Shown here in pieces: positions 1 through 14,229 of a DNA stretch of 64,000 nucleotides (its first letter is position 1; the number at the start of each line of letters is the position of its first letter). Below the pieces are notes generated by a model. It was not told the origin of the DNA, made no database searches, and saw nothing but the letters and a program-made list of their open reading frames with translations. The stretch spans positions 365,056,001 to 365,120,000 of the forward strand of contig OZ024740.1 in the NCBI GenBank assembly GCA_964016885.1, given 5' to 3'. Source of the stretch: Eledone cirrhosa. Its lineage: Eukaryota. Made by a program: the position numbers and the translations under genes.

Positions 1-212
1 AGATTTTTTACAGCTGGATGCCCTTCCTCACCAACCACATTTACAGTGTGGACTGGGAGCCTTTTCACCATGTCTCCTACATGGCCACTTTACAGTATGG
101 ACTGTTGTGTCATCGACACAGTGGACAGAACAGGAGAGAGAGGATGGGGCACGATGTGGGGGTGGGGTGTACATTGGGTTAAGAGGTGCCTACTGACTGT
201 AGGTTTGTATCC
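1..212 (-). mobile_element. 3'UTR fragment of RTE family A
   Basis: Matches 42065-42345, e.g. cagctggatgcccttcct...accacatttacagtgtgg and ggttaagaggtgcctactgactgtaggttt. Confidence 0.75.
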
Positions 213-337
213 TTAGTGTACATTGCAGCGACCTTCAGCATGACACAATGGGATTCTAAGCAGTTTCTGTCTATCAAATCTCTTTCACAAGGCAACAGTT
301 AACCAAAGGTTATAGTTGAAGACTATAAAATGCTATG

Positions 338-618
338 CAGAGGCGTAACTAAGGTATGGTAAGCATGGCACATGTCATGGACGCCACTTGGACTAGGAGC
401 ACGTTCTACTAAAGTCTAATAAACCTCGTCGGAGAGTGAAAAAAGAAACTTCTTCAGATGTATGATTTGTCTCTGATTAACGTGGGGGAGAACACTATGG
501 TGGCTGGATCATTAAACCATTTATATAAATTATTAGGCCCATAGGTAAAAATACAATGCTGTACGGGGGCAGAATTTCACTACTTGCCATAGGCAGTTTT
601 TCCCTAGTAATGCCTCTG
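338..618. mobile_element. Non-autonomous hAT-like MITE inserted in a decayed SINE
   Basis: TIRs cagaggcgtaactaagg / ccctagtaatgcctctg; near-perfect 8-bp TSD atgctatg (330-337) / gtgctatg (619-626). Confidence 0.7.
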
Positions 619-1769
619 GTGCTATGCAACGGGACTGAATCTAAAATCACAAGTTGTTAAGTGAACTTCTTAATCACACAGCCATATCCGTACCTATGCA
701 TTAAATATAAGTAACTTTAATGTTTAAATATATACATTTAATATAAGTACCTTTAATGTTTAAATATATAAATATGTTTTAACATTAAATTATGTCCCCA
801 TATCAATCTATTTGTTTATTATCCTATATAGTATTGTGTACATGTGTGCATGTGTATGTTTTGCATACATGAAAATGTATGTGAAAATGTAGGAAGGTAG
901 GAGTATGACGCACATGTGTATGTATTTGTGTATGTTAGAATGTAAGTAGGTAGTAGATGTACACATATGTGTGTGTGTTTGAATGCAAGAGTGTAGGTAT
1001 ATGGGTGCATGTGTTATGTAACAGTGGAGATTGGTAGGTGTGTGTGTATCTATGGTAGAGTGTAGGTTGGTGGGTAGGTTTATGTACATATGGTGTGTAT
1101 GTGAATGAGAATGTGTATGTATGTGAGTGTATGTATACCTGATCAAAAATGAATGTGAAACAAGCAAAAAATTCTTGATTTAAGAAACAAAGAAATAAAT
1201 GTTCATTTTTGTTCAAATGAAATTATTTATTTGATTAAGAATTTAAAAAATGATTAAAATTTTATTCATAATTAAAATGTTTATTCAACCCAAATTTAAT
1301 AATTAATGCTTCTGACATTTTAATCCTGTTTCTTTTTTTTTTTTTTAATGATACTGTCAGCAAGTTTTTTTACAAAAATAAAGTTTCTGATTTGTTCTCT
1401 TTCCCTACTGAACTGATGTAAATAAAGATTCTTTGCTTTGAAAAGTTCTTTTATTCATCTTTGACTTAATAATCTTCCAGTTTGGAAAATGTCCAAACCA
1501 AAACAAAGTAAAACATTTCATGATCTCTCAGAAACCTTTTGGGAAGAATTATTAGGAACATTACCATGTTGGTATATTTCTTACCAGTCTGACAATACAG
1601 CAATCAGTTTAATATGACTAGTAAACCATAACATTCAAAGATACTATATAGCTAATATAGACAGACTCTATTGTAGAATTACTGGCATTAATCTGATAAA
1701 TATATACAAAATAAAATCATTTGAAATGCCATGAACAATTTAAATACTGGGTTTTGACTGACTGTTTCC

Positions 1770-1960
1770 TTTTTGTGTCAGTTGCCATTCAGACATCCGG
1801 TGTCATTTTCCTCTGTAAAATCTGGAGATGGGCATCTGGCCTAAAGACAGAGTCCCATAAAATGGAATGGCTGATGCAGTGAATATTGCTGGCTGTTCTC
1901 CATGGCAATGCTTTCACCTTCATGTCCACAGGCCCAGCTAAGATGTACCACCCAGCCAAA
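1770..1960 (+). mobile_element. Decayed CRE-clade LINE 3' fragment (restriction-like endonuclease end)
   Basis: Remnant peptides FVSVAIQTSGVI and AVLHGNA, typical of CRE C-termini; similar to 26400-26781. Confidence 0.5.
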
Positions 1961-2712
1961 GGAGTAAAATTTGTCCATTCTCCATTCCCCCCATTTATTT
2001 ATCTATTTTCTTCTTTCTCTCCCTCCTTTTTTCTCTTTTTCTATCTTCCTGTTTGTAAATATATACAACTTAATACAACATTTTGACAATAAAGATTTAA
2101 ATATATTTGTTCAGTAAACTGAAAATAATTTTTGTGAAATTTCTTGCATTGAATATTATGCAACAACTTTCTCATTGTTGATAATCATTTGTCCAATGCT
2201 CCCTAACTTGTTCAAAGAATCTCCATAAGCCATTTTGTCCCAGAATCCAGATTATCATGCTGCTTGGAGATAATCTTTTCTGAAGTTTCCATTTCATGTT
2301 ATCAGATATCACTGATGTCATCTCCTTCATGAAGTTCAGCATATTGAGATCAGTTTCTGCCTAGATCTTCTGTTGTAGTGTGTAGTTGATGTAAACTATT
2401 TTTAGAAGGCAACACCAGCATTTTCTGTGATGTGAGAAAGCATCACATCATACCTAGATGACAATACCTTACCAGTGACATATCTACATACCTGTATAAC
2501 TACACCTCATAATTGTTTGAGTATGTGATTATATCTGATGGAGACTGTCAATGGTATAACCATTGAAATATATATTATGTAATAAAACAATTATGTAAAA
2601 GTAACCTTGTCTTAACAATATTTCATAATTGGAAAGCGATGAAATACCAATGACGAAGGACTATTTTTATCATATGTAACCCATGTGCAACCACGCAGTA
2701 TTCTTTCTTCTC

Positions 2713-2787
<75 letters not shown>

Positions 2788-2866
2788 TTATCAGCAAAGC
2801 ACTTCTTTTTCAATTTAAGTCAAACAGATACATGCACAAATATATACATTTGTGTGTGCATATGTA

Positions 2867-2904
<38 letters not shown>

Positions 2905-2989
2905 GCAACCATTATCTTTGGAAGGCTGGCATGTATTGGTAGACTAACACATGCCTGTGCTGAAAACCATGTCATAAATAAATATATGA

Positions 2990-3990
2990 ATAAAGAAATA
3001 ATGTCCACACACATAGATGTTCATTGCTCCTTCTTGTCAGAAGAGGGCCATCTTTTCATTGAACATTGCATGACCATCTGCATGCAGATGGATTTTCTGT
3101 CCAGCTTCTGTTCTGCAAGTACATTCACAGATATGACATTTGAATTGACTGTTTTCTGGAGATGACTTTCTGGTGATGATATAATCCAAGATGTGTCCAT
3201 GCTTAGACTGTGGGTGCATCCATATTTCTTTGTGGATATCAATTTGTTGGAAAAAAGTATTGCTAAATCAAACTCAGTACATAGATAGAAAAGAAGACTA
3301 TTGGTATTCATCCTTCACATGCCATGATATCCTAAAGAACTCCAGGTATTGTGGTCCTTTCCCACACTTGCATTGAAATCTCTAAGCAGCAAAATCTATC
3401 TGCATATGGAATCGATGTTATACACCTTTGTAAATCTTGTTAAAGCCATGATTGGCTACTATCCAGAGTAGAAGTATGCACTGAAACGACACTCTGAAAC
3501 ACCCCTTTGCATAATCTGATTGCCAATTCTTGTTAGTTGCTGTAGCTACTAAGTGACCTTTGTCTGGACAGCCAAACCTATACCTCCATTCCTTTTCTTC
3601 CAATTTGGTTTCTTTTTCCAGATGAAAGTGTAAGCAACACCCTTCACTGATAGATGGCCTTCATCAATAAGACAGGTTTCAGAAAGTGCAACTATATCAA
3701 TATTATACCTGCTCATTTCTCTGCCTACAATAGTAAGGTCTCTCTTCTGGGATTGAGGATGATTCCCTGTCAAGGAGTATTCTAACATTCCACATAGCAA
3801 AATTCAATTAGATTCTTTTCTTTTGAAAATTAGTATTCTTGTTTGTTCTGCCAGTAGTAACAGCCATCAGCTGTACACAGAAGACCAGCTTGATGATGGC
3901 ACAGACGATTTTAATGTCACCTTTTCTAGACCCCTCCCAAAATTAGGATGAGCAGTGTTCACCCTCAAAAAAGGCTGCTTAATCACAAAA
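2990..3990 (-). mobile_element. Decayed RTE (BovB-like) 5' part: AP endonuclease and 5'UTR
   Basis: REMSRYNIDIVALSETCL..EG and HPQSKHGHILDYII motifs; many stops and frameshifts. Confidence 0.75.
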
Positions 3991-4159
3991 TACTCCAAGC
4001 TAGTTGCTGCTCCAAAAAATAGCAATGGCATTGAATAAGTCTTAACCTCCTATATTTAGATTAATGCATGTATACTTTTGACTCATTAAGCCTGTAGAGG
4101 TTGCTGTTTCTCCATCATACAAGGAGAGGGTGGTATGTATACATTTTTTGTTTTTTTTG

Positions 4160-4440
4160 CTCACCCTAAGCAAGGCAAAAAAACCTCACTAAAATGCAAG
4201 GAGTTACTGGGAAGAAAGAAGGAAAAGACAGTGAGAACATGATTCAAGGAGAGAGAAGATGAGGATTGATGTTTCTTTTGAACTTTTGCAAATTGTAATG
4301 GTCTGGAAAGCAAGAAGCTGGAAGACAAGTTCCATAGGTGAGATGTGTGAGGGAAGAAACTATCAGAATATAATTTGTGATTGTATTTAGGAATATTAAC
4401 TGTAAATGGATGACACATAGCTGTTAATCTGGTGCTTCAT
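4160..4440 (-). mobile_element. 3' end of a CR1/jockey-group LINE
   Basis: HPFTVNIP...YSDSFFPHTSHLWNL is a typical ORF2 C-terminus. Confidence 0.6.
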
Positions 4441-5302
4441 TTAAACACACACACACACAAACACACACACACATGTATATATATATATATAGAGTGTCTG
4501 TGGTGTGAAGGCCAGGATGACTAAAAATTTGAGTAGTTCTCAAAGCACAGTGGGTATATTGAAGAAGTAGAATCCTAGGAGCAAGCTCTGCCACATCAAC
4601 TTGTTTGCACAAGCTTTTTCATGCCTATATAATAGAGTCAGAGGAAATATATTATCTATTTAAAACATTCCTCTCAATATTTTAGAATGAATCTAGACGT
4701 CAGACATTTAAATCATTTTATAAATATAGTAAAAGCATTATAGCAACATTATGTGGCTACATGAGATTTTATGAAACCAAAGGATACAATTATGGTGATT
4801 AACCAACCCCAAAATAGGATTCATCTGATCAAAAATGTTCTTAAACAAGTTTTCATAATTCAGAGGCTTTGGACAAATTCTAAAGGCTTTTCTTTATCCT
4901 CATGTGTAACTGATTTAGCAAAGACATTTTGTAGAGCTATAATTCACATGAATGGAATAATCTGCATATGCTTTGTTTGAAGAAGTGAAAAATCCTACTT
5001 AGAGAACTGGAATTTGCATGGCCAATTGCAATTCAATTTTGCAATTCTTGCCATATTTTCATAACCTTTTCTTTTTCTTTCTTCGATTGATGACTTATCT
5101 GATTTTAGACTATTAAGTAAATACGTTGTTTCTTCGATTTTTATCAGATTTATAATAGTGTTTCTTGTAGGTACATAAACTTGCTAATGCACTAACCATA
5201 TTTATTTGTGCTTAATATAACTTGAATATAACAAACACCTAGTTTCTGAAGTTAAAAATAAAAATAAGTTACATCCTTGGTATTATATGACCTTGGAGTA
5301 CA

Positions 5303-5560
5303 GTCATCATCATCATCATCATCTTATGTCTGCTTTTCCCTGCTTGTAAGGATGGGACGGGTCCTCTTCAGCACAGCATCTCTCCACTCATCAAGGTCCT
5401 TCATCATCTCCTCTGTAAGCAGCAGCCATCTGAAGTTAGCTCTCACCACCTCCGCCCATATTTTTATTTTTATAGATGTGGTCTTCCTCTACTGTCTTCC
5501 TTCCACTGGGATTACTTGGCACTTCTTCGTCCAGCAGTCATCATCCATGCACATCACGTC
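5303..5560 (-). mobile_element. 5'-truncated RTE family B 3' end with (TGA)n tail
   Basis: Reverse complement aligns with 51950-52190. Confidence 0.8.
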
Positions 5561-7526
5561 ATGTATATGTAAAAAGTTCAATCTCATATGTATTTCACTA
5601 CAATATTTAGTTTCTCAAATTGTTAAAGAATGTAAAACAACCAGATATTTAATATTTTGTAAACAAATGTTATCCAGAAATATTTGCTATCTAACCATTT
5701 GAAATTAGTATTTTTAAGCTCAGTATGAGTTTCTGAAAACCTGTACTCATGTATAATACAACTCAATCTTTTTGTCCTAGATTTTAATTCAAAATTTCTT
5801 GTATTATACAGTATATTTCATTTTTATGAAACAGGTTTAATACTTCAAGTTCGGTGTTTAAATAGATTCTAAAATAAAGAAATGACTATTCTAAATGGAA
5901 AATACATAAACCTCCATTATACTGGCATAACATGATATAGTTCATGATTGTTTTCTGATAAGTTAAGACTATTAGCTCATTCACTCTTCCATTACTATAT
6001 TTATAATAAAAGACACTTCACATGATATTTTTCAAATATTCTACACAATAATCAGGTGCAATTTGAAGGAATTGAGTGGCACAATGAACTTACTCATTAT
6101 TAGGCCAGTGTTTGGAGAATAACTTAACAAAGATTCTTACATAAAATTATGACAGAGGGATTTTGAAACTGCATAAAAAGGATGGCAAACCACATACATC
6201 CCTCCACCCTAAATCTGAAGAAGCAGGGATGTGATACAACACTCAGGTTCCCTTCCCCATGCTTTCCAGTGTCAGCATACACCAGATACCCTTCATTCTA
6301 AACTATCAGAAACAGAGAGATAAAACAACTCTCAGGTACTTATATACTCCCAACTCATGTAAACATAAAAAGCTAGAATGAACCTTGACTGATTCACCCC
6401 AGCCCAGGGACGCCTGGCACACACCAAAATGACAGATATCCACCCACTTGGCACAAGCAGTATATAAACACCATTTTTAGGCCAGCTAGGGAAAACAGGC
6501 ACACTCCCACAATATGTCAGACACCATCCACTTCAAGGCCGCCACCATGACCCCGACTTCTTCAGCAGTGCAATGTCTATAGCTCAGCCCCAAACCCACC
6601 AATGCCTCCTGAGATAGTACTATTGCCATGACAAAAAGTGCTGAAACTACAACAAAAAGTACCTGGGCCACCCTGTAAAAGTGATAGTGTTGGAGTCACA
6701 ATAAAATGCTTCTAGTACATGCTGTAAAATGGCTGCTGTTAGGAAGGACATCCAGCTGTAGAAACCATGCTCTCAGTACATATCGTAAAGTGATTGGTAT
6801 TATGAAAAGCACCAAGCTCTAGGAACAAAGCCAAAACCAAACATACAAGCTTGACCTTTACTATGGGTAAATTATCTTGTTGCTCAAGAGTTTTACCTAT
6901 GTAGTCAGATTCTGTGAGTGCACAAGTGAAACTCCAGAGTACAAGAACCATCACAGCCATAATAAAAAGTATTTAAATTCCACTTCAGCATTGAATACCT
7001 ATTTTTACATCCATCAATATCAAATAGATATATATATATATATGATATAGAACTCATGCTAGCATGGAAAATAAATGTTAAATGATGATGATGTATGTAT
7101 ATATATATATATAAATATGAAGATGGTGAGATGGATTTATTGTATAACTATTATCGATTAGTCACTATATCTATTTGGTCAACCTTCTGAAACGATTATA
7201 AAACAATGAACTGATTAAGCACTAAACTTTGCCTTTTGTTTCTCTTGTTCAACACATATATATGACTCTGTAGCTCATTTGAATGCTCAACAAAATCCTA
7301 TATGATGATAGCCTACTGCAAAACACAAACTCTTATCACCTGATCTCATTGGAATTTTTACTTCTTTACTACATGGAATTCTAACAGTGTTATTAGGCCG
7401 ATAATAGACAAGTAGATACCAGTCTATATATACATATACATATGCTGAAAACACAAGCTGAAGCTGATTGGTGCTGCAGTTGGGATTTTCTCTCTCTCCC
7501 TCTCTTTATATATATATATATATATG

Positions 7527-8435
7527 ATATCTTTCTTTATTTGCCACAGGGGCGCACAAAAATGGGACATTACAAGACGTGACGGCGGGGTTTTACATAA
7601 AATCTTTAACAATGATAAATAACAATACACTATATAAAAATAAAACAATTGGAATCCCCATTAGGGGAGGGGGTTACGCTACTGTGGGGTTGTTTTACAC
7701 CCCGTGGATAGAACAACCCTCAACACCAGGAACACGTTTTGTAGGTGTTCCCGTCTTCCCTCTGTTTATCTTCCTCAACCTACAGGTTTATATTCACTCG
7801 GGCCATTTTTGCCACATTCACCCACCTTTCAGCAAATTTACTGGGGTGTAGCACCTCTCTCTCCCCTCTCATCTTCCTTCTAAAGTGGTACTTAAAGAAG
7901 GGGATGAGTTGTTGTTTGGAGAGAAAGGTGATTACCCTCAGTCCTTTTAACTTCGTCCACCATATTACCTCTTTCGCCATAGCCACCAGACAGAGGAAAT
8001 CCGCCTCTCCTTCATTCTTAAATGAAGGCGGCGGGGTGATCCTCACGATGGACTCGGATGACAACTGGATGCGTCCCACACGTGACAGTAGCTGGTCGAC
8101 ATAATTCCACAGGTCGGTCACCCCTGGGCACTGAACAATTGCGTGCAGAACGGTTTCGATGTCCTGCTCGCATCTTGGACAGGTCCTTTTGGCAGGATCT
8201 CTGCCAGGGCGCCGTGCCTGTAGATTTTGTCTCGAACTAGTAGAGCTGCTTGGTAGCACTGCCAGGCCAGAGATCTCTGGAAGTTATCCATAGGCTCTGG
8301 ATGGAAAGTCCTCCCGAACAGACTGGTCAGTTCGTCCTCCTCAATGCCTAGAGTTTCCCCGAGAATGTCGTCGCTTATCCTCCACTAATCCCCTATAGAA
8401 TGTCAAAGTGGAGTCTCCGCTGATTGCCGTTTCTG
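7527..8435 (-). mobile_element. L1/Tx1-like LINE 3' fragment
   Basis: CPRC-x-ETVLHAIVQC zinc knuckle at the ORF2 end; 3'UTR ending cctgtggcaaataaagaaag next to (TA)n. Confidence 0.7.
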
Positions 8436-8625
8436 CTTGGTAGAGGGCTGTGAGTGAAGGCACTCGAGTGCCATAGAGAGATAGATATGTAAAATCCTGA
8501 CTGCAGTTCCAAGAGGTTTTGGCTTGAGTATTCAGCAAGCCTTTTCAATATCTCTGTACCCACTCTGCATCTCCCCATGCATTGAGTACTCCCATGATTA
8601 GGGGTCTCCCTCATCCAGTATTGCA

Positions 8626-8713
<88 letters not shown>

Positions 8714-8760
8714 CAAAAGAAGTGTGGTAAGGAACCAGGTGGACCATAACGCACCTGATC

Positions 8761-8822
<62 letters not shown>

Positions 8823-9006
8823 TATATTTTGAGAATAAACTCTCAGTCGTTTACAATAATTAAGCTCCAGGAAGGGGCTCTTCCGAGCAGTTAATACATT
8901 TAAAGTATATGATAAACACGTGTTTATCATACACTTTAAATGTATATATATATATATATATATATACGATATTAACAAATGGAAACTATATTTATAAAAC
9001 CATATT

Positions 9007-9071
9007 TATTTCATTATACATATTTCAAGGACACCAAGTTAAATTATGGTGTGCTTTCATCAGATAAAATA
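9007..9071 (-). ncRNA. Type I hammerhead ribozyme motif in PLE pseudo-LTR
   Basis: tattttat CTGATGA aagcacacc..ggtgtcctt GAAA tatgta TA atgaaata: 8-bp stem I, 8/9-bp stem II, near-palindromic stem III. Confidence 0.8.
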
Positions 9072-10526
9072 TAATATAGATCAGTTTTATAAATAAATAT
9101 TGACATACCCTTAAAGAATGCAACCATTACTGTTGGAAGCTCCCGGATAGTGGAGTTGTAGTTTTAATTATTAGTATTGGATATTTTTAAAATAAGCCGT
9201 TGGGTTACGGAGAAAGAGAAAGATAGAGAAGGAAAGAGAGAAAAAGAGCAGAACAATAAAGAGAGAAAGATAGAGAGAGAGAGGAGACAGAAAAAAGGAG
9301 AGAGAACGAAACACTCTAAGTCATATCTTGTTGAGTTAACTTAACAATTGAGATGAAATGAATAAATAAAATTAAAAATGTTAATAATCATGAATGGAAT
9401 ATACATATATAATAAGAGAAATTTAACCATTGTTTAAATATGATAAGATGTTTAGTTAAGCAGTTAAATATTGAGATCAATATATTAAAAATTGGGATCT
9501 ATATATTACGAAATCCATATATTATTAAAGATCTATATATTATATAACACATATACACACGCAAAAATACCTACATATAAATATATATACACACTTATAA
9601 AAATACATATACATATCTAACTACGTATATAATATATACATACAAAATATAAAGGATTCCTTAATTTAATTTAAGATATAGGAATCTTATAAAATGTTAC
9701 AATTGTTAAGATATTAAAGGGAATTTTATGTTATACACACTTTATGTTATTAGACAAAATTTTTTTAATATAAGTTTTATAAGATTACCTGTTATGTATT
9801 TATGGCAGTTATTATATGTCTATTTGTCACGAATCTTGGGATAATCACTATACATAAGTGCGATCGAATTGTATGGATAAACACGCACATGTACATACAC
9901 AATTCCCACATATACATACATATATGTACCCTCACAAATAGGTAGATACGCATCACGTATACATATACATACAAATAGACATAGATGCATAAAACATATG
10001 TACATGTATGTCAATACACACATATACATATATACACACAGATATAGAGAGAAGTATATATAAATACAGTACATAGTATAATTGAGTACATAAAATACAA
10101 AAGAATTATATTACGATTAGGAAATATAATTATAAGCAAAACTTTAAAAACAATATAACTTTAAAATATTATAGAATATTTCAAGTTATAATTTTAAAAT
10201 AATATTATGTTTAATATATTTAGTATAGAAATTTTCTACGTATATTTAACTTAATTTTATATCCATAAGAGAAATAAACAGAAACTTTGAAAGGATAAAC
10301 TTTCGAAAATAGGAGAAGCTATCAAACAATAAAAAATATAAGAAATATTTTCTCCTTTCAAGAGCTCTCAGTATATTTCTCTAGAATAGTTTATTATATT
10401 TATTTATATTTAGGAAGAAAAGTTATTTTTACTTGAGTGTATAATCAGTCAAAAAAGTTGAAGGAATCTAATGATTTATCGACAGGTTCAATATATTAAT
10501 AAAATTAATTAATTAATTATATATTA

Positions 10527-11596
10527 TTAGATTTTTAATTTATATTTATATTTAAACGTTGAGTTTAATCTATGTCTACCGCAACTGAATAAATTATTCC
10601 TTAAGTTCAGGGAATTTTTGGTCTTTAATATAAAGAATATTTCTTCTATACAAAGATCAGAATTTTCTGAAGAAGAGTTAAAAGGAGTAGCTTTTGAAAT
10701 AATATTCCAAATCAACGAATACTCAACGTTCTTTAGTTTGAGGTCCCATAATAGGCTAGATAGAGAAGTTGAAGATTTTTTGTTTGAATCTGTAAAAGAA
10801 TTTTTATGATTATTGAAGCAGGATTTAAACTATGTGGAAGTGGATCCCACATAATTAAATGAATTTAAATTAGTTTTTAGATTACAATTATATACTATAT
10901 TTTTAGCTAAGCAATTGTTATTTAACGGACAGTTAGATTTATTTCTACAGTTACATTTATCAAATTGGATATTGCTTGGGTTATTAGTGGTATTTTGGTT
11001 AGGTTTTAAATTTCTATTATTAATTCTATTAATATTTTGCGCTAAATTTTTGGTGGAAGAATAAGTTAATTTTATAGTATGTCTATTAAAAATTGAGTAA
11101 TATCTATGTGTTCTAGGGAAGCATTTGTCAAGAGCTTTAAAAAATAGTTTAGCAATAGGGGTTTTAATATTTAATGAGAAAGGAGGAGCGAACCATAATA
11201 TGTTCCTAGTTCTATTTCTTTTTCCGCTTTCGGAATTAATATAAGGTTTTCTATTATAGTTGTTAAAATTGTTACCATAGTTAAAATTGTTACGATTATG
11301 GTTAGTTGTTATATTATTATTATTATCAATGTATTTAATTTTATTTCTATACCCAGCTCTACCTAACGCTTCGTTGTAATAATGTGCTTTTTCGTCAAAT
11401 ATATTCTTATTAGCTGAAATTCTCGAAATTCGTTCCTGTACAGAGTTCACTATAGTATTTTTAACGGATCTGGGGTGATTAGAGTTAAATTTGACGTAGT
11501 TTAAGTTCTCATTTAGTTTGTGAAATGGATAATGAAGACATGTGTTAAGATTTAGTGTTACATCTAGAAAGTTAACTATTTTATGGTTATTCTCTA
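10527..11596 (-). pseudogene. PLE ORF remnant (RT C-terminus and GIY-YIG endonuclease)
   Basis: VNFLDVTLNL, SNHP, WFAPPFS, CNCRNKSNCPLNNNC, NIVY..YVGST, LNLRNNLFSCGRH; one in-frame stop at 10830. Confidence 0.9.
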
Positions 11597-11800
11597 TTTT
11601 CTCTTTCTCTCTCTGTTGTTCTGCTCTTTCTCTCTCTTTCCTTCTCTATATTTCTCTTTCTCCGTAACCCAAAGGCTTATTTAAAAAATATCCAATACTA
11701 ATAATTAAAGCTACAACTCCACTATCTGGGAGCTTCCAACAGTAATGGTTGCATTCTTTAAGGGTATGTCAATATTTATTTATAAAACTGATCTATATTA

Positions 11801-11865
11801 TATTTTATCTGATGAAAGCACACCATAATTTAACTTGGTGTCCTTGAAATATGTATAATGAAATA
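11801..11865 (+). ncRNA. Type I hammerhead motif (inverted copy of 9007-9071)
   Basis: Same sequence in the other arm of the inverted repeat. Confidence 0.8.
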
Positions 11866-13029
11866 AATATGGTTTTATAAATATAGTTTCCATTTGTTAA
11901 TATCGTATTTTTACTCCAAATATTTGTTGAGTGCTTATTATCAGTTATAAAAATATTTGCTTGTTGTATCCCAACAATTTAAATAGAACTTTTACATATA
12001 CATATATATATTAGATATTAATTTAACAATGAAAATAATAACAACAAAGTGAAGTTATTTTACCTATTCATATCATTGTTTTATGATCGTTTTGGAGGGT
12101 TGATAATATTGATATATTGACTGATCTATAGCAGTTATATAACTATATACTATCAGACTTCATATATAGGTTTGATCAGGCCATCTTCTTTGGAAACAAG
12201 ACCATACATACGCATGACACAGATCCCTAGACTGTCTGGGAGATCAGTAATCCTGCTTCAGTACTGACTTGGTCTCATCCAACCCTTGCTAGCAGACGAT
12301 AAAACAATGATGATGATGGTGGTGGTGGTGGTGGTATTTACCTTCTATTAACATAATTAAAGTTCAAGTATTTCTTTATGGTAAATATATTAATACATAA
12401 TAATAATTTTGTTAGTAATAATATTTTTTAATAATTTTCTCCAATATTCCCATAATTTTTAATAGACCTTGTAATATTCTACATTTTTGATAAATATAAT
12501 TAAGTTATACTTTTTAAGCACTATCTATGTTTACTAACTGCTTTACTAAATATATTCTTATAGTAGTATATTAGTGTTGTCACCTTTAATATAATGTCTA
12601 ATATCACATCTAAATATTTGTGTTTATATAACTTTATTCTGAAAGTAAAGAAAATTTGGTCCTAATTTCTGATTTTTCTTTTTCTTTCATCTTGATATTA
12701 AAAACTATAGTCATTTAAAATACAGTGTCTCTACTACTGGTGTATGAATAACAGTTGTTTAGCACATATCCTTTGTGGTTATTATAACAATATGTCATTA
12801 ATGTGGCATTACATTTTATAATGATAACCATTTTTAGTTTTCTATGCAAAAATAATTACTAAATATATGAGTCACAGATCGGATTATAATATATAGAAAT
12901 ATTAATCATATATATTTTTAACCCATGCTAACATGGAAAATGGACGTTAAATGATGATGATGAAGATGATGATGATGATGATGATGAGTAAGTTTTTTGT
13001 CTTGTCGCCCCCCCCCCCCCCCCCCCCCA

Positions 13030-13345
13030 CCATCATCACCATCATCATCATCATTATTGTTTTATCATCTGCTTGCCCTGCTAGCTAGGGTTGGATGGGT
13101 CTACATAGACCAGGTCAGTACTGAAGCAGGATTATTGATCACCCAGACAGTCCAGGGATCTGTGCCATGCTTATGTATGGTCTCATGTTCTACCAAGTGC
13201 AGAGTAGATATTGTCATGTCTTTGACACACCTGAGAGTGCACACAACCCTTTGTTTGCAGGCTTTCTATGGCTGGGTGCCCTTCATATCACCAACCACTT
13301 TACAGCATGTACTGCATGTATTTATCATGTAGATCACCAAACATT
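13030..13345 (-). mobile_element. Decayed RTE-related SINE or 3'UTR fragment
   Basis: (CAT)n tail, tail hairpin, and the ggctgggtgcccttc...accaaccactttacag module. Confidence 0.6.
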
Positions 13346-13500
13346 AGGGAGGCTGTCATGTTCTTAACATGACTGAGGAATCCTCCCAACCCTTTGTTTG
13401 GCAAGCTTTTCTATTAGCCTGCCTCTAATCCCACTACATCTTTTGTGCATCCATAATCTACATTTTATGTAAATTGTCTCAATTTCTCTGCAAGACCCTG

Positions 13501-13578
<78 letters not shown>

Positions 13579-13688
13579 TATTGGGAGTTATCAGCTTAGA
13601 GTAGTAAAACTATTGTTTAGCTTAGTACTCGAAACTTAATAAAATAGAATGTAGGTATTGTAATGAGTTATACATATATGTATATATA

Positions 13689-14190
13689 TGAGGTCTGACA
13701 AAAGAAGTATCTAATGCCTAGCTGGGAAAAAAGAAATTATGTAAATAGGGTTCAATTGCTAATCTTCTTCAGAGTAAGCCCTCAACTCTCCTGTCACAAT
13801 CCAAATTATATTTTCTCTACACTCGCAGTGAGGGATTGTCAGAAACCACTTCTGGAGAGTAGGGAGCCTGGTGAATGAGTGAAATGTCCATCTTTTCCCA
13901 AGAAATCTTAGATGAGCTGCAACAAATGAGCAAGGGTGTTGTCATGATGCAACTGTCAGTTTTACATGGCCCTCAGATTTGTACTCTTGCACTGAACAGC
14001 ATCTCAAAAATGTATGAGGACTTGCTGATAGTACTTCTTTGTAACTGTTAGTTCTTCTGGTGTGTATTTGTAATGTACAACACATCAGGAGTTGAAGAAA
14101 ACAATCAGCATCACCTTCATTTTACTCCACAGTTGACATGATTTTTGAGGCCTTGGTGACATAGGATGCTTCCACTGTAAAATTAGAAGC
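13689..14190 (-). mobile_element. Decayed mariner transposon 3' fragment
   Basis: LHHDN and HQAPYSPE (YSPDL-like) remnants; TA followed by a gaggtctg terminus. Confidence 0.65.
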
Positions 14191-14229
14191 AGCAGTAGTA
14201 GTAATAACAGCAACATTAGCAGCTGTAGC

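Larger units (their letters stand above)
8964..11995 (-). mobile_element. Penelope-like element, 5'-truncated, with inverted pseudo-LTR
   Basis: RT thumb, CxCx5Cx5C linker and GIY-YIG on the minus strand; ~305-bp inverted repeat 8964-9270 / 11602-11908; TA-rich flanks. Confidence 0.9.

Noticed and set aside
2130-2480. Possible Tc1 transposase remnant (minus strand)
   Set aside because: Only a QHDN-like word; too decayed to support.
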